Positions 18,466 through 27,275 of a DNA stretch of 33,064 bases are shown here, one piece after another. A model generated the notes under the pieces. The model did no database searches and had not been told where the DNA came from. It was given only the letters and a program-made list of their open reading frames with translations. Made by a program: the position numbers and the translations under genes. Every line of letters starts with the position of its first letter. Position 1 is the stretch's first letter. This DNA is from a virus (Duplodnaviria > Caudoviricetes): the IMG/VR virus record IMGVR_UViG_3300034279_000131, positions 1 through 33,064 of that record. One strand, 5' to 3'.

Positions 18466-19395
18466 ATGATTGGCAAATATTTAATTTATCAAGATTCTAA
18501 ACTAGTTGGAGAATATCGTAATGTTCTTACTACTGAGGGTAAGAGTCTAATAAGAAACTACCTGGCTGGAAATATTGGTGCCTGGTCTGGATCAATTGCT
18601 ATAGGTGCAATGAATTCAACAGCACCTAGCGTATCTGATTCAGGTCTGGAGTTTGAAATTATTAGAGTGCCAGTCGTGTTGTCTACGGTAAAGGGAAACA
18701 ACATAATACTTTCGGCAGACCTAGACTCAACAATAGCAGGAAGAATATTTGAATTAGGAGTATATCCTACAGTTACTAACTCTTTTTCCGCTGGCTTCGA
18801 TGATAAAATAATTGCTAATTTTTCTGAAGATTGGACAGATGATCTAGGTGTTTCGCTAACATCATCTAATTTTAATGGTACTGAAGAATTACCAATAGCA
18901 AGGGTGGGCTATCGTAATTTAATTATTGGAAGTTCTGGAATAGATACATTATATTCAATAGGACTAGATCTTTCAGGATATTCTGATTTAGATAGTATGT
19001 CTATGTTGTATAAAGTAACCTCTACTGGTTCAAATAGAACCTTAAGATTAACATTTTATGATAATCAATTACCTACGCCTGGGACAAAATACTACGACTT
19101 TACTTTAATCGGTTCATCTGCTGGATATAAAACTATATCAGCCCAGTTTGGTCTTTTTACTGAAACGGGAGACTTTAATAATAACGTTTCTAAGGTAGGG
19201 ATATCTTCATCTGGAAGTGCGGCCCCAGTAGAACTTGATGCAATAAAACTTGATGACTCAGATGAAACAAACCCCAATTTTGCTTTAGTCAGTCGTGCAT
19301 TAATAGGTTCTGCAGGAGGCAATTCATCCACCGACTACTTTGAGAAAAGAGCGGGAACGACAATGACAATAGAATATGTTGTGGAGTTGACCTAA
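18466..19395 (+). CDS. Minor tail / fibre-anchoring (collar-like) protein with an internal carbohydrate-binding-like domain
   Basis: NVLTTEGK...IAIG...LEFEIIR...IFELGVY at the N-terminus and LVSRAL...K...MTIEY at the C-terminus resemble fibre attachment domains. The intervening LDLSGYS...YKTI...LDAIKL segment looks like a jelly-roll. Confidence 0.55.
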   Translation: MIGKYLIYQDSKLVGEYRNVLTTEGKSLIRNYLAGNIGAWSGSIAIGAMNSTAPSVSDSGLEFEIIRVPVVLSTVKGNNIILSADLDSTIAGRIFELGVYPTVTNSFSAGFDDKIIANFSEDWTDDLGVSLTSSNFNGTEELPIARVGYRNLIIGSSGIDTLYSIGLDLSGYSDLDSMSMLYKVTSTGSNRTLRLTFYDNQLPTPGTKYYDFTLIGSSAGYKTISAQFGLFTETGDFNNNVSKVGISSSGSAAPVELDAIKLDDSDETNPNFALVSRALIGSAGGNSSTDYFEKRAGTTMTIEYVVELT

Positions 19396-22300
19396 TGCCA
19401 AAGAAAACAGTAGAGAAAAAAATATTTTCCATAGATGAGTTAAATCCTAAAAAACATTACAAGATAAAAATAAAGTCATTTGACAAGGATAAAAAACTTA
19501 TCGGTGAATCACCATGGATAATGTTTAAAACTACTGGAAAGAATCAGGCTCCACCAAACGTAACGAATCTAAATGCTAATTTTACAGGAAGCACATTAGT
19601 TATTACATGGAATGGAAGCGGCCCACGAACAGAAAAAGACTTTAAAAACTTTAGAATAAGGATATCTAGCCCAGATCATCCAGGAATAACTAAAGATTTT
19701 TTTAATGACAATAATAGATTTACTTTAGATGAAGATGAAAATAGAAACATCTTCACCTCCTTTGAAGGAACAATAAATGTAACTGTCTATTCTAGAGATA
19801 CTAGTGACAATGAAAGTAGCGGAGTTAGTATTACTGCCTCTGCGGAAGTTCCAGAAGATCCAACTAATGTTAAATTAAGTGCATCGACATTGGGCTATGT
19901 AGTTTCATGGGACCTTCCAACGTTTAAAAATTACGATTATACTAAAGTTTATGAAAGTACATCTGAAAATGGAACATATGCAGTAGTTAGAACAGAAAGA
20001 GGATCTTCTACTTATGTTCCTAAAAGTACTATCGCCACTTTCTGGGTAAAAGTTTCTCATGTCAATAAGGCTGGAGCAGAGTCTAATCTAGTTGCATCAG
20101 TTCCTCCTAGTATTACACCAATAGATCCAGTTCCTACTGATGTTACCCCGCCAGCAGTACCAACAAGTTTAAGTTGGGAAGACGCGGGAACAGAAAGCGT
20201 CAATGGAATTACTACTGCTGCTATGAGAGCGCATTGGGAAGTTTCTGAAGTAACATCTGGATATAAGGTTCGTGTTACTGAAGATATAGTTAATAAAGAT
20301 AATTGGGAAGTGCATGATGTTCCAGCATCAAAGGCAACAGTAACATTTAAATCAGTTTCATCTAATGTTGCCACTCTTACCCTATCCGCACACTCCTTTG
20401 CGAAAGATGATTATGTAACTATATTTAATATGGGCACTCCCTTCGACGGTAAAAGAAAAATAACATCAGTTACTTCTACCACTATAAGTTTTTCATTAAC
20501 TACTGGAGATATTACAAATACTGTTGCAACTGGTGATGTAGTTATATCTTCATACACAGTAAAAGAATTATATCCAGGAACACAATACTATGGCGCTATC
20601 TTAGCCTATGATTCTGCAAATAATTTAACCCAATTTGTTAGTGAAGGGACATTCACTACATCTGGAACTCCAGCCACGGTAGGAAATAAAATTACAATTA
20701 GCGGAACCTCCATGGCATTCGGGCCTAATGTAAGTGGTACAAACGACGGTCTTTTTATAGATTCTAATAATTATTGGTATAACACAGGTTCTTTTAAGGC
20801 TGGTACTACTACTAATAATTTATCTTGGGATGGAACTAGTTTAAGATTAGATGGAAGAGTAATTGCACGATCTGGTTCATTTTCTGGAAACATTTTTATG
20901 TCAGGAAGTGGAACGATTGATAGCAATACCGCTTCATTAATTGCGGCTCCGTATTTAGATATTCAAAGCGCTACATTAAGCGGCGGGGTCGCTACAATTG
21001 TTACCGCTACTACTCCTTTTCCAGCATGGTCTACAGGAGATGTAGTTCTAGTATCTGAAGCATCTATACAATTTGACGGACAGTATACTTTGCTATCTGC
21101 TAGCGGAAATACTTTCACATTTTCATTAACAAATTATTCTAGTGCAAGCCCTATAACAAATACTGGTAAGATTGCTAGATTTAGTACTGGAGATAGAGTT
21201 ATTTTTAATTCTTCTGGCATTCAAGGCTGGGAAGATAATGAAGTACTATTCTCATTTAATAGAAATAAAACTAGTAAAATTGGTGGATGGACAATAAGAC
21301 CATCTAAACTTTATGCTGGTGCTGAAGATACTGCTGTTGGATTAAATAGTTCTTCTAATTCAAATATTAGAATATATGCTGGGAATGATGATCCAGAGCA
21401 AGCGCCATTTAGAGTTACTAAAAATGGAAGATTAATTATAAGTCCTGAAGTTGGAAGTCTAGATATAAATATAGCATTAGGAAGAGTGAGTCCAGGATCA
21501 TCTACAGATAAAAGAACTGGATTAGTAATAAATGATACTAGTGGGTCTGGAATTGAAAACTTTTGGTATGTTCCTGCAAATGTAAGCACTAATAGCGCCT
21601 ACTTTAGAGTAGGAACAGCAAACGGCTCTGGTATTACTGTTATTAAGCAATCGGGCGGAACATCCAGAGTAAAAATTAAAGACTACGATATTGAGGGTGT
21701 TACTTCAATAGTTGATGATTCTAAGATAACAATTAATACTGTAGAGATTGGAAAGGGCGTAGGTGGCGCAGGCAAGCATGGTATAAAAGTCGATGACTAT
21801 AACTATTGGTATGATCCATCAACTACTGGATTCCCCTCAGATGGAATAGTGTTCCGTGCTGGATGGACTGGAAATAAATCTTTAACAGTAAGAAAAAATG
21901 GAGAAGTAGAGTTTGAAGGAACAACCAATCCCACTGGTGGCACAGTAAAAGGTAAACTTACTATTGAAGGAACTACATATGCATTTGGTAAAGATGTTCT
22001 AGGGGTCAAGGACGGACTTTACCTGAATGATAATAACTACTTCGTAGTCGGTGGCGGTGTTCCAGAATTTAGAGTTGGCAATGACAATAGTTTTTTAAAT
22101 TGGAATGGATCATCATTAAGCATTCAGGTCGGCGGAAGCAGCGTAGCAACTCAATCTCAACTTAGTTTAAAAGCAGATGCTACTGGTTCAGCAATATTAA
22201 GTTTATTAAATACTGGAATGGGAACAGGAGTAGTCCTTACATCAGATAGTAAAATTTATAGTGCTGGCAAAACATCATATAATTCTTCTACTGCAGGCTG

Positions 22301-23126
22301 GTACCTTGGTAGAGATACTGTGAATTCAGTACTTCAATATACATTTGGCATTGGAAATGCTACTAAGTATATGAGATGGGATGGCAGCCAGTTATTAATA
22401 AACGGCAAGGCTGTGGGAGGCACAGAACTTGGAAATAACACAGGAGTAGTAATTGATGATACATCAACTATTAATGGAATTAAAGTAAATAATGTTTTAA
22501 GAATTACTGGATATTCTGCAGGATCTGGAACGAGTGCTGGATCTATTGCATTTACAAATACTGCTGGGGATATAGAAAAGGGTGCAGTATATGATTCATC
22601 ATTAAATAAATATACAGAAACTTATAGTAGCGGAAGAGGAATTGCCATAGGTTCTTCTGGATTTTATCCGCATGTAGAGGTTGGATGGGATTCAGCAACT
22701 GGAACATCTAATCCAAGAATCATCCTTGCAGCAGCAGCAGTAACATTTTCAGATCCATATCTGGGAACTCTGTCTGGACCAGAAATAAGATTAAATAACT
22801 TCAATTTTGGTATTGTAGGGGATAGTGCATCATATATTTCAGTTCCAGAAGGAACTAGTCCTGTAAAATATATGGCAAAAAATAATAATGGACATTTAAG
22901 ATGGGTAGATCCACCATCTGGAAGCGGAAGCGGAACAACATATACTTCGGGAGATTCTTCAGAGGGTGTTATTGTAAATAATACATCTGATACAATAAGA
23001 AATGCTGGGTATAGAATGGTTGGAAATACTTCTGGAGGATCTAGTAGAATTTCAACAACTAATAGAATAGGTTTTACTTCTGCACCAGCAGACCCAGTAG
23101 ACGGTGACATTTGGATAACATTCTAA
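19395..23126 (+). CDS. Tail fibre / receptor-binding protein with N-terminal fibronectin type III domains and beta repeats
   Basis: 1243 aa. FN3 signatures (PPNVTNL..LVITW..VYSRDTSDNES; PEDPTNV..VVSWD..VNKAGAES; DVTPPAVPT..AYDSANN), repeated G-x-x-I-x-x-x-N-Y-W-Y...F-x-x-G units and a C-terminal PADPVDGDIWI. Confidence 0.8.
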   Translation: MPKKTVEKKIFSIDELNPKKHYKIKIKSFDKDKKLIGESPWIMFKTTGKNQAPPNVTNLNANFTGSTLVITWNGSGPRTEKDFKNFRIRISSPDHPGITKDFFNDNNRFTLDEDENRNIFTSFEGTINVTVYSRDTSDNESSGVSITASAEVPEDPTNVKLSASTLGYVVSWDLPTFKNYDYTKVYESTSENGTYAVVRTERGSSTYVPKSTIATFWVKVSHVNKAGAESNLVASVPPSITPIDPVPTDVTPPAVPTSLSWEDAGTESVNGITTAAMRAHWEVSEVTSGYKVRVTEDIVNKDNWEVHDVPASKATVTFKSVSSNVATLTLSAHSFAKDDYVTIFNMGTPFDGKRKITSVTSTTISFSLTTGDITNTVATGDVVISSYTVKELYPGTQYYGAILAYDSANNLTQFVSEGTFTTSGTPATVGNKITISGTSMAFGPNVSGTNDGLFIDSNNYWYNTGSFKAGTTTNNLSWDGTSLRLDGRVIARSGSFSGNIFMSGSGTIDSNTASLIAAPYLDIQSATLSGGVATIVTATTPFPAWSTGDVVLVSEASIQFDGQYTLLSASGNTFTFSLTNYSSASPITNTGKIARFSTGDRVIFNSSGIQGWEDNEVLFSFNRNKTSKIGGWTIRPSKLYAGAEDTAVGLNSSSNSNIRIYAGNDDPEQAPFRVTKNGRLIISPEVGSLDINIALGRVSPGSSTDKRTGLVINDTSGSGIENFWYVPANVSTNSAYFRVGTANGSGITVIKQSGGTSRVKIKDYDIEGVTSIVDDSKITINTVEIGKGVGGAGKHGIKVDDYNYWYDPSTTGFPSDGIVFRAGWTGNKSLTVRKNGEVEFEGTTNPTGGTVKGKLTIEGTTYAFGKDVLGVKDGLYLNDNNYFVVGGGVPEFRVGNDNSFLNWNGSSLSIQVGGSSVATQSQLSLKADATGSAILSLLNTGMGTGVVLTSDSKIYSAGKTSYNSSTAGWYLGRDTVNSVLQYTFGIGNATKYMRWDGSQLLINGKAVGGTELGNNTGVVIDDTSTINGIKVNNVLRITGYSAGSGTSAGSIAFTNTAGDIEKGAVYDSSLNKYTETYSSGRGIAIGSSGFYPHVEVGWDSATGTSNPRIILAAAAVTFSDPYLGTLSGPEIRLNNFNFGIVGDSASYISVPEGTSPVKYMAKNNNGHLRWVDPPSGSGSGTTYTSGDSSEGVIVNNTSDTIRNAGYRMVGNTSGGSSRISTTNRIGFTSAPADPVDGDIWITF

Positions 23127-23127
23127 A

Positions 23128-25950
23128 ATGACAATAAGAGGATACAGAAATAATATTGGTTGGGATATTGCCAAGCGAGTTAGAGCATATAGATCTTCAG
23201 TATCTAATTGGGTAAATGCTAAAACAATTTCAGTATATAGAAGTTCTGGGGTAAGCCCATATTGGGATATGGTATATCCAGATGCACCTCAAAACTCTTC
23301 CTCTGTCTCAGTTGTTGGCTCAGGAGAGGTAAATACAAGTTTTACATTATCAGATAATACTCCATGGGTAACTGATCCATATGTAGAAGTAGATAGTACA
23401 ACATATCAATGGCAAAGTTCTAATTCACAATCTGGTCCATGGGCTAATGTTTCTGGTGCAACGTCTACAAGTTATAATATTTTATCTACAGACTTAGGTA
23501 AATACTTTAGATGTATTTTAACTGCTACAAATGAAAGGGGATCTACACAATTAACATCTTTAACTAGCGTTCAGGTTTCAGATCCCACATACACATTTAA
23601 CTTTGGTCAAAGTTTTGGAGTATATCCAAATGCTTTTATCAGATTAGATGAAAGTAGTAGTGGATTCCCCCCAACAGATAGTATTCTTGCAGTAGAAAGA
23701 ACATTGGCATATTTTTTCGGTGAGTTTAAACAATTTGATTTATTATATAAATCAGATTTAAATACTTTAAGAATATACCATCGTCTATACCGTGAAGATA
23801 GAACAAGTCGCCCAGCCAACCCAGACGCAGAGTATGAAATTGTTTTTACATCTGGAAGCAATACGGTAGATATATATGTAGTTAACTCATTTAATACACA
23901 GTATATAACCTCATATGCAGCATATTTAAAGGGATTTTCAGTATATAAACAATATAGTTCGTTGCTATATTTTGATGGAATAAAGTTTTCTGTGCCAATG
24001 AATTCATCTTCTGGAATATCTAGTGCTATTGGACATGCATCTAATGCAATTCAGATATCTAGTGTTAGTATTAGCGGAGGCGTTGCTACATTTACAACTG
24101 TAAGTCCCCATAATATTTTAGGATCTGCATATATTTACGGATTAACAGGAGATTTGTCTGAGTTTAACGGAAGGAAAAGTCCCAATGTAACTGGTAATAA
24201 TACCTTTACCTTATCAACAAGCCTTTCCAATAGGACAGTATTTCCATCAGATGCAAGATCTGCATATATCCCATCATTTTTAACTGGATGGATTTATATC
24301 AATACTAATTTAGACTCAGATGATACCCCAGTATCTTTTTATTCAGGATCTGGACTTCCATCACCTCTATTCGGGAGCAATTCTTCATATAATAAACAAA
24401 ATATGTTCTGGCCCTCATCTGCTACAATAGCAGCACCAACTAATATAGGAGTTAGTTCTGCTACATTTTCATGGTCTGGAAGTAATGCAAATTCATATGT
24501 TGTATCAGCAGCAAGAGCGGATAACTCAACGGTTGTATTTTCTGACACAACAACAACTTCTACTAGTATGAATATTACTGGATTCCAATATGGAGTAACA
24601 TATAATATTTCTGTCAGGCCAAATTCAAGATTCGATAGCCCATCCCCGCTTGGACAGTTTGGATTTACTGCAACTAGATCATATACCCATGTGGGCGCTC
24701 CTTCAGCACCAACAAATGTTACTGGCACGGCGGGGAATGCTCAAGTAGCACTTACATGGACAGCCCCATCTTCAAACGGATCTGCCATTACTGGTTATAA
24801 AGTTAGATATTCATCTAATGGCGGTGTATCATGGTCATCTACTATTTCTACAGGTAGCACATCTAATACATATACTGTAACTGGGCTTACTAATGGAACT
24901 TCTTATATTTTCCAAGTTTTGGCTACAAATTCAGTAGGAGATGGGCCATGGTCATCTAGTAGTGCATCAATCACTCCAGAAATAGTTGCTACAAAAGTAG
25001 TTGCTACGGCATCATCATCTACAATACTAACATCTATAACTGGAGATTTAAGAACATCAACTATTACTGCACAATTACAAGATTCGTCAAATCCTGCAAA
25101 TAATGTGGCAAAAAGCGGAGTTACAATAACATTTACTTTAAGTGGTACTGCTGGAGGATCTTTAAGTGCAACTACCGCGACTACAGATTCTACTGGTAAG
25201 GCTTCTGTAACTTATACGTCTGGAACTACAGGAAATGCAACTGGAGGCACTACGATTGTTGCTACAATAACTCCATCTGCTACAGGATTGACTGGTACAG
25301 CAACATCAGTAACAGTTAACTTAAGAAGCGCATTTCCATTTACATTAAGTGCTTCTGGTACAACTAAGGGTGTTTTATTTACAAAAAGCGCCAATGATTC
25401 AAATTATACATGGTCTGCAGCAACTGGATCTCCATCAGTAGGCTACCTTGAATCTGGAGACTCCTACGCCAACAATTCTTTTGATATCATAGTTCCAGTA
25501 TTAAGGAATAGTCCTCCAGGAAGACCACAGGTAAGTGTAGACTCAGGAGCAAAAAGTGCTAATTGTGATATGTCAGTTAATGGAGTAACTGTTTATGATT
25601 TAAATAGAAGCACAAGCGTTACTTTAACGGCAAAAAGGTCTGGATTTAATGATGGATCTGCTACTGGTACAGCAACATCAGCATTAACATTTACTAGAAC
25701 TTTCTTGTGGCAATTTGCTACCGCTTCAGACAACTTTACTACCTGGAGAACAGATTGGCCCTCGGCGTTTGTTGTTAATGGAGTGCAAACGTGGAATACC
25801 CAAACCCTAAAATGGACAGGGACCCCTAATAGTAGAAAAATTAGATGTAGGGTTACTACTGATGTTACTGGAGTATTTGCTGATCCAAGTAATACTTCAG
25901 TACCCAGCCAAGATGTTAGATTTACATCTAATGAGCCAACAATACCATAA
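23128..25950 (+). CDS. Ser/Thr-rich adhesin-like virion protein with Ig-like, FN3 and invasin (Big_1)-like domains
   Basis: 940 aa. TYQWQ...GATSTSY...DLGKYFRCILTATN (Ig-like), a canonical FN3 (APSAPTNVTGTAGNAQVALTWTAP...GLTNGTSYIFQVLATNSVG) and TITAQLQD...GVTITF...ATTDSTGKASVTY (Big_1-like). Confidence 0.8.
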   Translation: MTIRGYRNNIGWDIAKRVRAYRSSVSNWVNAKTISVYRSSGVSPYWDMVYPDAPQNSSSVSVVGSGEVNTSFTLSDNTPWVTDPYVEVDSTTYQWQSSNSQSGPWANVSGATSTSYNILSTDLGKYFRCILTATNERGSTQLTSLTSVQVSDPTYTFNFGQSFGVYPNAFIRLDESSSGFPPTDSILAVERTLAYFFGEFKQFDLLYKSDLNTLRIYHRLYREDRTSRPANPDAEYEIVFTSGSNTVDIYVVNSFNTQYITSYAAYLKGFSVYKQYSSLLYFDGIKFSVPMNSSSGISSAIGHASNAIQISSVSISGGVATFTTVSPHNILGSAYIYGLTGDLSEFNGRKSPNVTGNNTFTLSTSLSNRTVFPSDARSAYIPSFLTGWIYINTNLDSDDTPVSFYSGSGLPSPLFGSNSSYNKQNMFWPSSATIAAPTNIGVSSATFSWSGSNANSYVVSAARADNSTVVFSDTTTTSTSMNITGFQYGVTYNISVRPNSRFDSPSPLGQFGFTATRSYTHVGAPSAPTNVTGTAGNAQVALTWTAPSSNGSAITGYKVRYSSNGGVSWSSTISTGSTSNTYTVTGLTNGTSYIFQVLATNSVGDGPWSSSSASITPEIVATKVVATASSSTILTSITGDLRTSTITAQLQDSSNPANNVAKSGVTITFTLSGTAGGSLSATTATTDSTGKASVTYTSGTTGNATGGTTIVATITPSATGLTGTATSVTVNLRSAFPFTLSASGTTKGVLFTKSANDSNYTWSAATGSPSVGYLESGDSYANNSFDIIVPVLRNSPPGRPQVSVDSGAKSANCDMSVNGVTVYDLNRSTSVTLTAKRSGFNDGSATGTATSALTFTRTFLWQFATASDNFTTWRTDWPSAFVVNGVQTWNTQTLKWTGTPNSRKIRCRVTTDVTGVFADPSNTSVPSQDVRFTSNEPTIP

Positions 25951-25951
25951 A

Positions 25952-25960
25952 TGATATAAT
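25952..25960 (+). promoter_or_regulatory. Extended -10 promoter TGATATAAT
   Basis: Begins 1 nt after the stop at 25950, upstream of GGAGG RBS and ATG 25976. Confidence 0.65.
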
Positions 25961-25975
25961 ATGATTGGAGGAATC

Positions 25976-26197
25976 ATGGAAGATTATGAAACATTAACTA
26001 ATTCAGAGAAAGCAACATCAATTAGATCTAAAATAAAAGGAATTCAATACCAAAAATATAATTTTGAAATTGATTTAATTGCTGAAAATGCAGTTAGCGA
26101 GCCAAATGAATTAACTATTTCTGAAATACAAAAACAAATAAATAATTTAAATGCTCGTCAGTCAGCATTACAGGCAGAATTAGATTTACTATCTTAG
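25976..26197 (+). CDS. Small helical-hairpin / coiled-coil protein
   Basis: ATG 25976 has GGAGG 5 nt upstream and is preferred over 25961. 73 aa with a heptad pattern (IQKQINNLNARQSALQAELDLL). Confidence 0.7.
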   Translation: MEDYETLTNSEKATSIRSKIKGIQYQKYNFEIDLIAENAVSEPNELTISEIQKQINNLNARQSALQAELDLLS

Positions 26198-26206
26198 GAA
26201 TTTTAA

Positions 26207-26665
26207 ATGTCTGAAGTAATAGTTGATTCAGAAATAGAATCAGGGAAATGGCCCATTGAATTCTCAGGTGCCTGGATAGAAGTTATTTATGATTATTTAT
26301 CAAGCACATATGTTGCGTCCCTATATTTTGATGATAGAAATGAAGAGGGGGCCGTTGTAATAAATCCAGATAGGATTTTTGAACTACCTCTTCCACAGGC
26401 ATATATTTCATGGAATCTAAATGGAGTCTGTAAAGAAATATATGTAATTCAAGATTATAGGGGTAGGGGTATCGGAACAAAATTATGTGCCTGGGCAAGA
26501 TCCTACTTATTGAAGCATGGAGTATTATTTTCTGCCCCAGATAAAATGTCTATTGATGCATCTGCTATGTTTCAATCAATTTCAACAAAATATGGAGAGC
26601 CATTTACTTATCCAGAAGAATCTGGTATCCTAAGAGGATACAGTCATTGGGGATATTTAGTATAA
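26207..26665 (+). CDS. GNAT-family acetyltransferase
   Basis: EIYVIQDYRGRGIGTKL is the GNAT motif A acetyl-CoA loop (R/Q-x-x-G-x-G). Followed by MSIDASAMFQS, a motif B-like helix. Confidence 0.75.
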   Translation: MSEVIVDSEIESGKWPIEFSGAWIEVIYDYLSSTYVASLYFDDRNEEGAVVINPDRIFELPLPQAYISWNLNGVCKEIYVIQDYRGRGIGTKLCAWARSYLLKHGVLFSAPDKMSIDASAMFQSISTKYGEPFTYPEESGILRGYSHWGYLV

Positions 26666-26666
26666 T
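26658..26666 (+). promoter_or_regulatory. -10 promoter element TAGTATAAT
   Basis: TATAAT overlaps the GNAT stop codon, upstream of AGAAAGG RBS and ATG 26693. Same placement as the other promoters. Confidence 0.5.
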
Positions 26667-26692
26667 ATAGTTATTATAGAAAGGTATATATT

Positions 26693-26863
26693 ATGTCAAC
26701 AACACTAGAGTTAGTAGTTCAAGAACTTCAAAATAGAATTGGTCAAATTACTTCAAATTATGAAACACAACTTGCAGTTTTAAAGGCTCAGGCTACAGAA
26801 GAAATTAAAAAGCGTGACGATCAAATTGCTGAATTAGAAGCCGATAAGGTAGAAACTAACTAA
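26693..26863 (+). CDS. Small coiled-coil protein (56 aa; not in the ORF track)
   Basis: My translation is MSTTLELVVQELQNRIGQITSNYETQLAVLKAQATEEIKKRDDQIAELEADKVETN*. AGAAAGG RBS; the TAA overlaps the next ATG (TAATG). Confidence 0.8.
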   Translation: MSTTLELVVQELQNRIGQITSNYETQLAVLKAQATEEIKKRDDQIAELEADKVETN

Positions 26864-27273
26864 TGTCTTCAATTAATGAAGCATACGCAAGAATAGACTA
26901 TGCCACCATTCTTGAATTACAAGATAGAATCAATAAACTAGAAAACATTATTGAGTCATATACATCAGACACATTTTCTAATTTAGAGGGTGTTAAATCT
27001 AATGTTCGCGGTACAAAGATTTTTACAGAAACTATAACTGTTGGAGCAAAAGACTCCAAAGTAGATGTAGTTTTTGGTAGCAACTTCTTTGGCAGTAGCC
27101 CAACAGTTACTGCAACAATTAGAGATATTAATAATAAATTAGTGGGCGGAACAGATCTACCAGTTATTCTTATTAGTCAATTAGATAAGAATAAGACACA
27201 ATTTGTTATTAAAAGAAAAAAAGAAGCAACCCTAATATTGCATATTATTGCAATTGGTGAATCTGCCGATTAA
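26863..27273 (+). CDS. Putative short fibre-tip protein (N-terminal coiled coil plus H-type-lectin/gp53-like beta domain)
   Basis: VDVVFGSNFFGSSPTVTAT...LHIIAIG resembles the F...F...P.V...IAIG pattern of trimeric fibre-tip domains. Confidence 0.5.
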   Translation: MSSINEAYARIDYATILELQDRINKLENIIESYTSDTFSNLEGVKSNVRGTKIFTETITVGAKDSKVDVVFGSNFFGSSPTVTATIRDINNKLVGGTDLPVILISQLDKNKTQFVIKRKKEATLILHIIAIGESAD

Positions 27274-27275
27274 CA

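Noticed and set aside
19395-27273. Diversity-generating retroelement or invertible tail-fibre switch
   Set aside because: No reverse transcriptase or recombinase, and I saw no near-identical template/variable repeat pair or inverted repeats. The repeats present are diverged and visible only at protein level. Elements outside the window cannot be excluded.
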